Shown here: piece after piece, positions 26,084 through 34,744 of the stretch
Layout of the letters: the number at the start of each line of letters is the position of its first letter
Numbering within the stretch: position 1 is the first letter of the stretch
Assembly: GCA_947589745.1 (NCBI GenBank)
Contig: CANQCS010000001.1
Coordinates: forward strand, 57,613-121,612
Origin: an uncultured Oscillospiraceae bacterium
GTDB taxonomy: Bacteria > Bacillota > Clostridia > Oscillospirales > Oscillospiraceae
Length of the DNA: 64,000 nt
Direction: 5' to 3'
Translations under genes and position numbers: made by a program
The notes under the pieces: generated by a model
Told to the model about the DNA's origin: nothing
Databases searched by the model: none
What the model saw: only the letters and a program-made list of their open reading frames with translations

Positions 26084-26343
26084 GTGATCCTCCTCTTTCA
26101 GCGGGGGTTCATCTGAGCTTAATTGGTTTTTATTTTAAGCTCAGACTACTGAGCCATCACATATTTCCGCATAAACTGTCTCCTTTCGGCTTTTTCCGTT
26201 ATTGTAAATTCTTCTGTGCAAAATTGCAACCTTGTCCTTATTTGCAAAAGAAGATGTTCCACTCCCGGCAAATAGCCATGGGCCCTTTGCTGCGCGATCT
26301 GTGCGGGCAAGAGGCAGTTTTCCTGCAAAAAATATGTATCCCC

Positions 26344-26372
26344 TTGACAAATCCCGATTTTTCGGCTATACT
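26344..26372 (+). promoter_or_regulatory. sigma-A promoter of the T-box leader
   Basis: TTGACA (26344-26349), 17-nt spacer, TATACT (26367-26372). Confidence 0.75.
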
Positions 26373-26375
26373 CCG

Positions 26376-26657
26376 TCTGTCAACGCAATGACGGGAAGAA
26401 GTAACGGCAACGGTCCTGCCAAGAGAGTCCCCGGCTGGTGGAAGGGGGAGAGGGCCCTGCCGCGAATACATCCCCGAGCAGCGGACCGAACCCGAGAGGC
26501 AGTAGGCTCCGCCGGGCGCGCCCGATACAGCGCGAGAGTCCCCCGGCGGGGACTTGCTGAGGCCGTCCCCGCGAGGGGCCGGCGAACCAGAGGTGGTACC
26601 GCGAAGCATCGCCCTCTGTCCATTGCGCTCGGTCGAGCGGAGGACAGGGGGTGTTTT
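26376..26657 (+). promoter_or_regulatory. T-box riboswitch leader, tyrosine specifier (UAC)
   Basis: Stem I elements: GGGAAGAAGUAACGG (GA/K-turn plus AGUA), AGAGAGU...CUGGUGGAA, and specifier loop GCGAA-UAC-A (UAC at 26467-26469). The conserved T-box sequence is AGAGGUGGUACCGCG (26590-26603). UGGU would pair with an A73 discriminator, as in tRNA-Tyr. The terminator CCCTCTGTCC...GGACAGGGGG plus TGTTTTT ends at 26657. Confidence 0.85.
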
Positions 26658-26658
26658 T

Positions 26659-27504
26659 ATGCAGCGGCAAAGGGTTCTCACGGCGGAGCAGCGGGGGACG
26701 CTGTTCGTGTTTCTGGCCGCTGTACTGTACGGCATCGGCGGGCTGTGTACCAAGGTGATCCCCTGGAACGGCCTGAGCATCAACAGCGCCCGGACCATCG
26801 TCTCCGCGCTGGTGATCGGGAGCTACCTGGTGGTGACCCACCACCCGCCGCGGATGAACCGCTGGATCGCCTTGGGAGCGGTGAGCGTCACGGTGACCCA
26901 TGTGCTGTTCACGGTGGCCAACAAGCTGACCACGGCGGCCAACACGGTGGTGCTCCAGTTCACGGCTCCCATCTTCGTGATGCTGCTGTCCATCCTCTTC
27001 TGGCACCGGAAGCCGAAGAAGCTGGACCTCGTCGCCTGCGCGCTGGTGCTGGCGGGGGTGGTGTGCTGCTTCGTGGACAGTCTGGGCGGCGGGAGTCTGC
27101 TGGGCGACGCCCTGGCGCTGATCTCCGGGCTGTCCTATGCGGGGGTGTTCCTTTTGAACGACCTGCCGGACGCGGACCCCATCAGCTCGGTGTTCTGGAG
27201 CAACCTGCTGAGCGTGGTGATCGGGTTTCCGTTCCTGGTGCGGGAGACGGAGTTCACCGCCGTGGCCATCACCAGCGTGGTGATCCTGGGGGCGTTCCAG
27301 GTGGGCGTGGCGTACATTTTAATGTGCATCGGTCTGCGCACCACCCCGGCGGTAACAGCCAGCCTCATTTCCGGCATCGAGCCGGTGCTGAACCCGATTC
27401 TGGTCGCCGTTTTTTATCACGAAACGGTGACTCCGCTGGCCGTTGTCGGAGCAATTATCGTCATTGGCTCCGTGGTGGGGTATAATATTCTTCGTGGAAA
27501 ATAG
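26659..27504 (+). CDS. EamA/DMT-superfamily permease
   Basis: ORF trimmed to ATG 26659, immediately after the T-box terminator (MQRQRVLTAEQRGTLFVFLAAVLYGIGGL...). About 10 TM helices in two EamA-like halves. Confidence 0.8.
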   Translation: MQRQRVLTAEQRGTLFVFLAAVLYGIGGLCTKVIPWNGLSINSARTIVSALVIGSYLVVTHHPPRMNRWIALGAVSVTVTHVLFTVANKLTTAANTVVLQFTAPIFVMLLSILFWHRKPKKLDLVACALVLAGVVCCFVDSLGGGSLLGDALALISGLSYAGVFLLNDLPDADPISSVFWSNLLSVVIGFPFLVRETEFTAVAITSVVILGAFQVGVAYILMCIGLRTTPAVTASLISGIEPVLNPILVAVFYHETVTPLAVVGAIIVIGSVVGYNILRGK

Positions 27505-27511
27505 GGGGTGT

Positions 27512-28122
27512 GGGGGCTCCGCCCCCACCGGGTCTGATGGGCACCCCCGATGGGTGCACCCCCTGGGTTACTTTTCCCTTGCAGGAAAAGTAACCAAAAG
27601 TGCACTCAAGAAAACCAGGAATGGTTTTCTTGAGAATCTTTCCTTAATTTTTTGTTTGGTTTTGCGCTCGCCCTGTGGTTGGTTTGGTCTAAAACGGGCC
27701 AGGGTCCGTGTATGGGGCGTTGCGGCTATGGTGAGTATGTCCCCAAGGAGAGTGAAGCGCTGGGGCGGGGGCGCATTAGGTGCGTTGGTCGTTTTTGTTG
27801 TCCGACTGCGTTCTGCTCCGTTCCACTACGCAAAAGACAGATCTCCGTCTGCGGCCCGAATAGAACCGCGCCATCAATTGCGTAGTGGAACGGAGCAACC
27901 AGTAGTCGGAATACGAAAAAACAATGAGGCACCCCCGATGAAAGCTTTCCCTGGCCCCTAGTCCCAACATCCATCTGCCCTTAACGTCATCCCCGGGGAT
28001 TCTTAAGGGGCCCCAGCCCCTTAAGCAATTTTTTGGTTACTTTTTGTTTGCACAAAAAGTAACCCAGGGTGCGCAGGGACCGGCAGGTCCCTACCAAGCC
28101 CGCCCAGGGGCCGGAGGCCCCT
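27512..28122 (-). repeat. interspersed noncoding element, copy C (inverted; lacks one ~60-nt internal unit)
   Basis: Its reverse complement aligns with copies A and B. It lies 7 nt after the EamA stop and 40 nt before the tyrS ATG. Confidence 0.85.
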
Positions 28123-28162
28123 TAGAACCATCTATCAAGTTAGTAAGGAGAAACGATCTACT

Positions 28163-29389
28163 ATGCAAATGTATGAAGAATTAGTGGCCCGGGGCCTGAT
28201 CGCCCAGGTGACCAACGAGGACGAGATCAGGGCCATGATCAACGCCGGCAAGGCGACGTTTTATATCGGCTTCGACTGTACCGCCGACAGCCTGACGGCG
28301 GGCCACTTTATGGCCCTGACGTTCATGCGCCGCCTCCAGCAGGCCGGGAACCGGCCTATCGCCCTCATCGGCGGCGGCACCACCATGATCGGCGACCCCT
28401 CCGGGCGCTCCGATATGCGCAAGATGCTCACCAAGGAGGACATCGACCACAACGCCGCCTGCTTTAAGCGGCAGATGGAGCGGTTCATCGACTTCGGCGA
28501 GGGCAAGGCCATGATGATCAACAACGCCGACTGGCTTCTGAACCTCAACTATGTGGACCTGCTGCGGGAGGTGGGCGCCTGCTTCTCCGTCAACAATATG
28601 CTCCGGGCCGAGTGCTACAAGCAGCGGATGGAGAAGGGCCTCTCCTTCCTGGAGTTCAACTACATGATCATGCAGTCCTACGACTTCTACTACCTGTTCC
28701 AGCACTACGGCTGCAATATGCAGTTCGGCGGCAACGACCAGTGGAGCAATATGCTGGGCGGCACCGAGCTCATCCGCCGCAAGCTGGGCAAGGACGCCCA
28801 CGCCATGACCATCACCCTCCTCACCGACTCCAACGGCAACAAGATGGGCAAGACCGCCGGCAACGCCGTCTGGCTGGACCCCAACAAGACCAGCCCCTAC
28901 GACTTCTACCAGTACTGGCGGAACGTGGACGACGCCGACGTGATGAAGTGCATCCGGATGCTGACCTTCCTGCCCCTGGAGCAGATCGAGGAGATGGACA
29001 AGTGGGAGGGCAGCGGCCTCAATAAGGCCAAGGAGATCCTGGCCTGGGAGCTGACCAACCTGGTCCACGGGCAGGAGGAGGCCGACAAGGCCCGCGCCGC
29101 CGCCCGCGCCCTCTTCGGCGGCGGAGGCGACAAGAGCGAGATGCCCTCCACCACCCTCAGCGGCGCCAACTTCACCGACGGCCAGATCGGCGTCATGGAC
29201 CTGCTGGTGGCCTGCTCCCTCGCGGCCTCCAAGGGCGAGGCCCGGCGGCTGGTCCAGCAGGGCGGCGTCAGCGTGGACGACCGGAAGGTGGCCTCCATCG
29301 ACGAGAGGTTTGCCCAGGAGCGGTTCCAGGGCGAGGGTATCATCATTAAGAAGGGCAAGAAAGTCTTTCACCGGGCGGTGCTGGGCTGA
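28163..29389 (+). CDS. tyrS: tyrosine--tRNA ligase
   Basis: 408 aa. Class I motifs (GFDCTADSLTAGHF as the HIGH region, KMGKTAG as KMSKS) and a C-terminal S4 domain. Confidence 0.95.
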   Translation: MQMYEELVARGLIAQVTNEDEIRAMINAGKATFYIGFDCTADSLTAGHFMALTFMRRLQQAGNRPIALIGGGTTMIGDPSGRSDMRKMLTKEDIDHNAACFKRQMERFIDFGEGKAMMINNADWLLNLNYVDLLREVGACFSVNNMLRAECYKQRMEKGLSFLEFNYMIMQSYDFYYLFQHYGCNMQFGGNDQWSNMLGGTELIRRKLGKDAHAMTITLLTDSNGNKMGKTAGNAVWLDPNKTSPYDFYQYWRNVDDADVMKCIRMLTFLPLEQIEEMDKWEGSGLNKAKEILAWELTNLVHGQEEADKARAAARALFGGGGDKSEMPSTTLSGANFTDGQIGVMDLLVACSLAASKGEARRLVQQGGVSVDDRKVASIDERFAQERFQGEGIIIKKGKKVFHRAVLG

Positions 29390-29540
29390 GCGCTTGCGGA
29401 GAGAAGCGTTCCCCGCCATACGGCTGAAGTGCCAGCGGGTGCGGCGGTCCATATGGTTTGCTCCGCTCGATGATGGCTCCGTCTTTGCCGGGGCCGCCGC
29501 CTTTGCGGAAAGATGAGCGGAAGAAATTTTTCCGCCGCCC

Positions 29541-29569
29541 TTGCCTCGGGGGAACGAGTGTGCTATACT
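29541..29569 (+). promoter_or_regulatory. candidate pgi promoter
   Basis: TTGCCT, 17-nt spacer, TATACT, with TGC just upstream of the -10. Confidence 0.5.
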
Positions 29570-29621
29570 CTCATCCAGAGAAACCCAAAAATTTTACCGC
29601 TGGAAGGAGAATATATCCATT

Positions 29622-30944
29622 ATGATCTCTGTTGATCTCAAGAGCAGCTCTACCCAGGTGGACAAGTACGCCCCCGCCCTGGCCCAAGCCCACACCTGGC
29701 TCCAGGAGGCCACCGGCCGCGGCAACGACTTTGTGGGCTGGGTGAACCTGCCCAGGGACTACGACAAGGCCGAGTATGCCCGCATCCAGGCCGCCGCCAA
29801 GAAAATCCAGGCCGACAGCAAGGCCCTGGTGGTCATCGGCATCGGCGGCAGCTACCTGGGCGCCCGGGCCGTCATCGAGCTGCTGTGCTCCAACAACTAC
29901 AACCTGAAGAAGAAGGACACCCCCAACATCTATTTCGCCGGAAACGGCCTCTCCGCCGACAGTATGCAGGAGATCATGGACCTGATCGGTGACGACGACT
30001 TCTCCGTCAACGTCATCTCCAAGTCCGGCACCACCACCGAGCCCGCCGTGGCCTTCCGCTTCTTCAAGGCCATGCTGGAGAAGAAGTACGGCAAGGCGGA
30101 GGCCGCCAAGCGCATCTACGCCACCACCGACAAGGCCCGGGGCGCCCTCAAGTCCCTGGCCAACGCCGAGGGCTACGACACCTATGTGGTGCCCGACGAC
30201 GTGGGCGGACGCTACAGCGTGCTCACCGCCGTGGGCCTGCTGCCCATCGCCGTGGCGGGGGTGGACCTGGACCAGCTGATGCAGGGCGCCGCCGACATGA
30301 TGGAGACCTGCCGCGTGCCCGGTCTGGACAAGAACCCCGCCTGGCAGTACGCCGCCGCCCGCAACGACCTGTACGCCCAGGGCAAGGTGGTCGAGATCCT
30401 GGCCGGTTACGAGCCCCGGTTCCGCTTCTTCGCCGAGTGGTGGAAGCAGCTCTACGGCGAGAGCGAGGGCAAGGAGAACAAGGGCCTGATGCCCGCCAGC
30501 GTGGAGTTCACCGCCGACCTCCACTCCATGGGCCAGTATATCCAGCAGGGCCTGCGCACCATCTTCGAGACGGTGGTCCGCTTCGGTCCCTCCAAGGCCC
30601 AGCTCTGCGTGCCCTATGACGAGGCCGACGGCGACGGGCTCAACTTCCTGGCCGGGAAGGATATGGACTATATCGCCACCCAGGCCATGGACGGCACCCT
30701 CCTGGCCCACGTGGAGGGCGGCGTGCCCAACCTGATCGTCCGGGCGGGCCAGATCAATGCCTACACCTGCGGCGAGCTGATTTACTTCTTCGAGTACGCC
30801 TGCGGCCTCAGCGGCTATGTGCTGGGTGTCAATCCCTTCGATCAGCCCGGCGTGGAGGCGTACAAGAAGAATATGTTCGCCCTCCTGAACAAGCCCGGTT
30901 ATGAGGACAAGGGTGCGGAGCTCCGCGCCAAGCTGGGTAAGTAA
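29622..30944 (+). CDS. pgi: glucose-6-phosphate isomerase
   Basis: ORF trimmed to ATG 29622 (GGAAGGAGA upstream). Motifs [12 protein letters not shown] and SKSGTTTEP. About 440 aa, the Firmicute-type PGI length. Confidence 0.9.
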   Translation: MISVDLKSSSTQVDKYAPALAQAHTWLQEATGRGNDFVGWVNLPRDYDKAEYARIQAAAKKIQADSKALVVIGIGGSYLGARAVIELLCSNNYNLKKKDTPNIYFAGNGLSADSMQEIMDLIGDDDFSVNVISKSGTTTEPAVAFRFFKAMLEKKYGKAEAAKRIYATTDKARGALKSLANAEGYDTYVVPDDVGGRYSVLTAVGLLPIAVAGVDLDQLMQGAADMMETCRVPGLDKNPAWQYAAARNDLYAQGKVVEILAGYEPRFRFFAEWWKQLYGESEGKENKGLMPASVEFTADLHSMGQYIQQGLRTIFETVVRFGPSKAQLCVPYDEADGDGLNFLAGKDMDYIATQAMDGTLLAHVEGGVPNLIVRAGQINAYTCGELIYFFEYACGLSGYVLGVNPFDQPGVEAYKKNMFALLNKPGYEDKGAELRAKLGK

Positions 30945-30968
30945 ACAGCAAATTTTTCCGGTAAACTG

Positions 30969-31004
30969 GTCCGGGCCACCGCGTCAGCGGTGGCCCGGAC
31001 TTTT
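30969..31004. terminator. intrinsic terminator between convergent pgi and the anti-sigma gene
   Basis: GTCCGGGCCACCGC-GTCA-GCGGTGGCCCGGAC followed by TTTT. Confidence 0.8.
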
Positions 31005-31016
31005 CTTATGCAAGTA

Positions 31017-32333
31017 TTATTTTTTGGTATCTTCTTCTGCGTAATATGCTTTCAAAGCCGCGTCCGCCTCCCGGACACGCTCCACGAGGCCGTCTTCACG
31101 GATATCGTCCCAGAGGAAGTCATCCACGGCGACAGAACCCTCCGGCCGGGACCAATCCTCTGCCCTGGGATACTCCAGGGTGAAGTTCACGCAGTAGAAG
31201 GGCGCGCCGCCCTCCAACATGGCCGCTTTCAGCTCCAGCAGCAGCTCGGAGGCCCGCTCCGGGCTCACGTCATCGCTTGCGGCGCAGACCACCACCCGCC
31301 CGGCCCGGGCCCCCAGGGCCGGGATGTCGTAGACCTTGTCCAGCTCCAGCTCCTCCCTGGGGATGGCCCAGGCGTCGTCGGCGGGGACGCCGCTGCCCGT
31401 GATCACCAGGTCCCCGAAGGCGATGGTATCCACCCAGGGCAGAGCGTCCAGCACCCGGTCCGTCAGCGCCCGGTACTCCTCGTTCAGCCGCCGGGCGGTG
31501 TTCTCCCGCCCGGCCACCTGGCTGTCGTACCGGTCGTTGACCACCGCTCCGGTCCAGCTCTGGTCCAGGGTGAAGGCACTGTCGGCGCTGGAGGGGGACA
31601 CGATCCTGGCGTAGTAGCACGTCATCTTGAAGCTGTAGTCCACCCGCTCCACGCAGAAGTCCGTGTCCGGGTAGTGCTCCGCCAGATACGCCTCGGCGCT
31701 CCGGCGGCAGAGGAAGTGGGACACCGGGTTGCCCACCAGCTCATTGGCGAACCATCCCACCCCGGCCAGCAGGGCCAGGGCCAGCAACAGGGCGGCGATC
31801 TTCAATGCTCTTTTCCGTTTCATCTCAGTCCCTCTCCTCAGCGCAAAGTGCAGCAGTCCCGCGATGAGGACGCCCACCAGGGCCAGCAGACAGTAGATGG
31901 CCGTCCACAGCACCAGGGAGTACCCGTCCAGCACCTCGCCCCCCAGCCCCAGCAGGTTGGTGGCCGTATGGGTCACCAGCAGCAGCGCCGGCACCAGATA
32001 CGCGGCCCGCCACCGGAACACGCCGTACCCCAGCGCCCCCACCGCCGGCATGATGAGGCTGTTGTAGAAGATGTGGCTCCCCGCCGTCAGGCTCAGGCCG
32101 AAGACCATGCCGAACATCAGCAGCATGGCGAACAGCATCCTGACCTTTTTCCGCAGCTTTCGGAACGCCGCCTCGTCATCCGCCGCCGGAGGCACCTCCC
32201 CGGCGTACAGCGCCCGGCAGGCCGGGCAGGTCTCCACATGCCGCACCACCGCCTCCCGGCTCTCCTCGCTGGCGATGCCGTCCAGGACCAGGGGGATCAG
32301 GTCCCGGCACAGCCCGCAGGTGATCTCATTCAT
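31017..32333 (-). CDS. zf-HC2 anti-sigma factor, polytopic, with extracytoplasmic domain
   Basis: 438 aa. N-terminal CGLCRDLIPL...HVETCPAC (H-x3-C-x2-C), several TM helices, and a C-terminal soluble domain of about 230 aa. Overlaps the sigma gene stop by 8 nt. Confidence 0.75.
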   Translation of the reverse strand: MNEITCGLCRDLIPLVLDGIASEESREAVVRHVETCPACRALYAGEVPPAADDEAAFRKLRKKVRMLFAMLLMFGMVFGLSLTAGSHIFYNSLIMPAVGALGYGVFRWRAAYLVPALLLVTHTATNLLGLGGEVLDGYSLVLWTAIYCLLALVGVLIAGLLHFALRRGTEMKRKRALKIAALLLALALLAGVGWFANELVGNPVSHFLCRRSAEAYLAEHYPDTDFCVERVDYSFKMTCYYARIVSPSSADSAFTLDQSWTGAVVNDRYDSQVAGRENTARRLNEEYRALTDRVLDALPWVDTIAFGDLVITGSGVPADDAWAIPREELELDKVYDIPALGARAGRVVVCAASDDVSPERASELLLELKAAMLEGGAPFYCVNFTLEYPRAEDWSRPEGSVAVDDFLWDDIREDGLVERVREADAALKAYYAEEDTKK

Positions 32334-32829
32334 CCAGCAGTCCCTCCTTCTTCAAAATGCCCCGGATCTTCGCTTTGGCCCGGAAGTCGATGACCCGGGC
32401 GGAGCTCTCCGAGATGCCCAGCCGAGTCCCGATCTCGTAGAAGGACCAGCCCTCCAGCCGCATCCGCACGACGCTCCTCGTCCGCTCCGGCTCCGCGTCC
32501 AGCAGAGCGTAGATGCGGTCTGCCAGCTCCCGGTCCAGGTACCGGGCCTCCGCCGTCTTTTCGCCGCTCTCCAGGAAGTCCTGGAGGGCCTCCGCCTCCA
32601 CCTCCCGCTTCTTCCGCCGCAGATAGGCGAACCACCTCCGGCGGGCGATGGTGAAGAGCCAGGTCTTCACATCCGACTCCCCCCGGAACGAGGCGATGGA
32701 CCGCACCGCCTCCAGGAACACCTCCGAGGCCAGGTCCTCCGAGAGGGGGGCGTCCCGGCTGAGGCTGTATAAATAGGCATAGACGTCCCGGTAGTAGCGG
32801 GTGAAGATTTCCCTTAACAGCTCCTGCAT
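32326..32829 (-). CDS. ECF-type sigma-70 family RNA polymerase sigma factor
   Basis: 167 aa. Region 2 (DLASEVFLEAVRSIASFRGESDVKTWLFTIARRRWFAYLRR) and region 4 HTH (SFYEIGTRLGISESSARVIDFRAKAKI). Confidence 0.85.
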   Translation of the reverse strand: MQELLREIFTRYYRDVYAYLYSLSRDAPLSEDLASEVFLEAVRSIASFRGESDVKTWLFTIARRRWFAYLRRKKREVEAEALQDFLESGEKTAEARYLDRELADRIYALLDAEPERTRSVVRMRLEGWSFYEIGTRLGISESSARVIDFRAKAKIRGILKKEGLLDE

Positions 32830-32911
32830 GCCCTCCCCCCTTTCACCCTATTAGTTGCCGGATTTTTGGTTTTGTTACAGAGGAAATTATTTCAGGGAGA
32901 AAAATCATCTG

Positions 32912-32944
32912 TAAAAAACAGGACGGGGCTCTGCTCCCGTCCTG
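32912..32944 (-). terminator. intrinsic terminator after the ComM/YifB gene
   Basis: CAGGACGGG-N8-CCCGTCCTG, with a T-run on the minus strand (complement of AAAAAA at 32913-32918). Confidence 0.7.
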
Positions 32945-32962
32945 CCGGTGCGGAGGTTTCTG

Positions 32963-34480
32963 TCATCTCCGCAGGATATCCGTATTGCGATACTGCACCG
33001 CCTCCGCCAGGTGGGCCGGGGTGATCTTCTCCTCCCCCTCCAGGTCGGCGATGGTCCGGGCCACCCGCAGGATGCGGTCGTGGCTCCGGGCGGTGAGGCC
33101 CATGCGGTCAAAGGCCGCCTTCAGGATCCGCTCCCCGGCGTCGTCCAGGCGGCAGTACTGGCCCACCATGGCTGGAGTCATGTTGGCGTTGCAGGCCACC
33201 TCCGTCCCCTGAAAGCGCTCCGCCTGCCGCCTGCGGGCGGCGTCCACACGGGCCTTCACCGCGGAGGAGGGCTCCGGCGTCTCCCGGCGGCGCATGGCCT
33301 CAAACTCCACCGACGGCACCTCCACGTGGAGGTCCATCCGGTCCAGCAGGGGCCCGGAGATGCGGCTCACATATTTCTCCACCATGGCGTCGGTGCAGGT
33401 GCACCGGCCCGAGGGGTGGCCCCGCCAGCCGCAGCGGCAGGGGTTCATGGCCGCCACCAGCATGAACCGGCTGGGCAGGCGGACGGTGCCGGCGGTGCGG
33501 GTGATGGTGACCTCCCCGTCCTCGATGGGCTGGCGCAACACCTCCATCACGTCCTTGTGGAACTCCGGCAGCTCGTCCAGGAACAGCACGCCGTTGTGGG
33601 CCAGGGAGATCTCGCCGGGCCTGGGGAAGGCCCCGCCGCCGGCCAGGGCCACGGCGGAGACGGTGTGGTGGGGACTGCGGAAGGGCCGCCGTTGCAGCAG
33701 CGGGTGCCGCCGGTCGGTGAGGCCCGCCACGGACCAGATCTCCGTGGCCTCCAGCGCCTCCTGCCGCGTCATGTCCGGCAGGATGGAGGGCAGGCGGCGG
33801 GCCAGCATGGACTTGCCCGCGCCGGGGGAGCCGATGAGAAGGATGTTGTGGCCACCGGCGGCGGCGATCTCCAGGGCCCGCTTCACGTTCTCCTGGCCCA
33901 TCACCTCGGAGAAGTCGGGGCCCGCCTCCCCGCCGCCCTCCGGCGTCCACACCGGGGCGGGGGCCATGGGCCGGCGGCCCCTCAGGTGCTCCAGCAGGGC
34001 GGACACGTCCGCCACCGCGTAGACCGTGAGGCCGTCGGCCAGGGTGGCCTCGGCGGCGTTCTCCGCCGGGACGTACAGTTCCTTGATCCCCGCCCGGGCG
34101 GCGGCCATGGCCATGGGCAGCACGCCGGTGACGGGCCGCAGATTCCCGCCCAGGCTCAGCTCCCCCAGGAACGCCGCATCCTCCGCCGGGGGATCGATGT
34201 CCCCCTGGGCCGCCAGGATGCCCAGCAGGATGGGCAGGTCGTAGACCGTGCCCTCCTTCCGCAGGGCCGCCGGGGCCAGGTTGATGGTGATGCGGGAGAC
34301 GGGAAACTTGGCGTCACAGGCCTTGATGGCGGAGCGGACCCGCTCCCGGGACTCCTTTACCGCCGCGTCGGGCAGGCCCACCACGTCGAAGGCGGGCAGC
34401 CCTCCGGACAGGGCGCACTCCACCGCCACCTCGTAGCCGCGTATCCCCTGGAGCCCCAGGGAGCGGATGGTCACCACCAT
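32963..34480 (-). CDS. YifB/ComM-family Mg-chelatase-like AAA+ ATPase
   Basis: 505 aa. N-terminal ChlI/Lon-like domain, Walker A LLIGSPGAGKSML, and C-terminal Mg_chelatase_C (TARSHDRILRVARTIADLEG). Confidence 0.9.
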   Translation of the reverse strand: MVVTIRSLGLQGIRGYEVAVECALSGGLPAFDVVGLPDAAVKESRERVRSAIKACDAKFPVSRITINLAPAALRKEGTVYDLPILLGILAAQGDIDPPAEDAAFLGELSLGGNLRPVTGVLPMAMAAARAGIKELYVPAENAAEATLADGLTVYAVADVSALLEHLRGRRPMAPAPVWTPEGGGEAGPDFSEVMGQENVKRALEIAAAGGHNILLIGSPGAGKSMLARRLPSILPDMTRQEALEATEIWSVAGLTDRRHPLLQRRPFRSPHHTVSAVALAGGGAFPRPGEISLAHNGVLFLDELPEFHKDVMEVLRQPIEDGEVTITRTAGTVRLPSRFMLVAAMNPCRCGWRGHPSGRCTCTDAMVEKYVSRISGPLLDRMDLHVEVPSVEFEAMRRRETPEPSSAVKARVDAARRRQAERFQGTEVACNANMTPAMVGQYCRLDDAGERILKAAFDRMGLTARSHDRILRVARTIADLEGEEKITPAHLAEAVQYRNTDILRR

Positions 34481-34744
34481 GAAAGATCCCTCCCTCTTCC
34501 GCCTAAAAGCGGAAGTTATATAATTACAATTCTATTATAGCATTAGAGGGCGCCTATTCCATTTGCAAAAATCGACAAAAATACCCGCCCATTTTCTGCC
34601 AAACCAGAGAAAAAGAAAATTTTCTTAAAATTGGGGCCAAGAGAACATTTACAGCGGGGAAAAATCGTGTTATCATAAACACTGTATGAGCACCACTATG
34701 TTTTCATACTATGGCAGTATCAAAATATTCAGGAGGAGCTATTT

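Noticed and set aside
26232-27485. 417-aa plus-strand ORF spanning the T-box and the EamA gene
   Set aside because: It runs through a well-defined T-box leader and is out of frame with the hydrophobic EamA reading frame. Its translation is an R/G/P-rich shadow.
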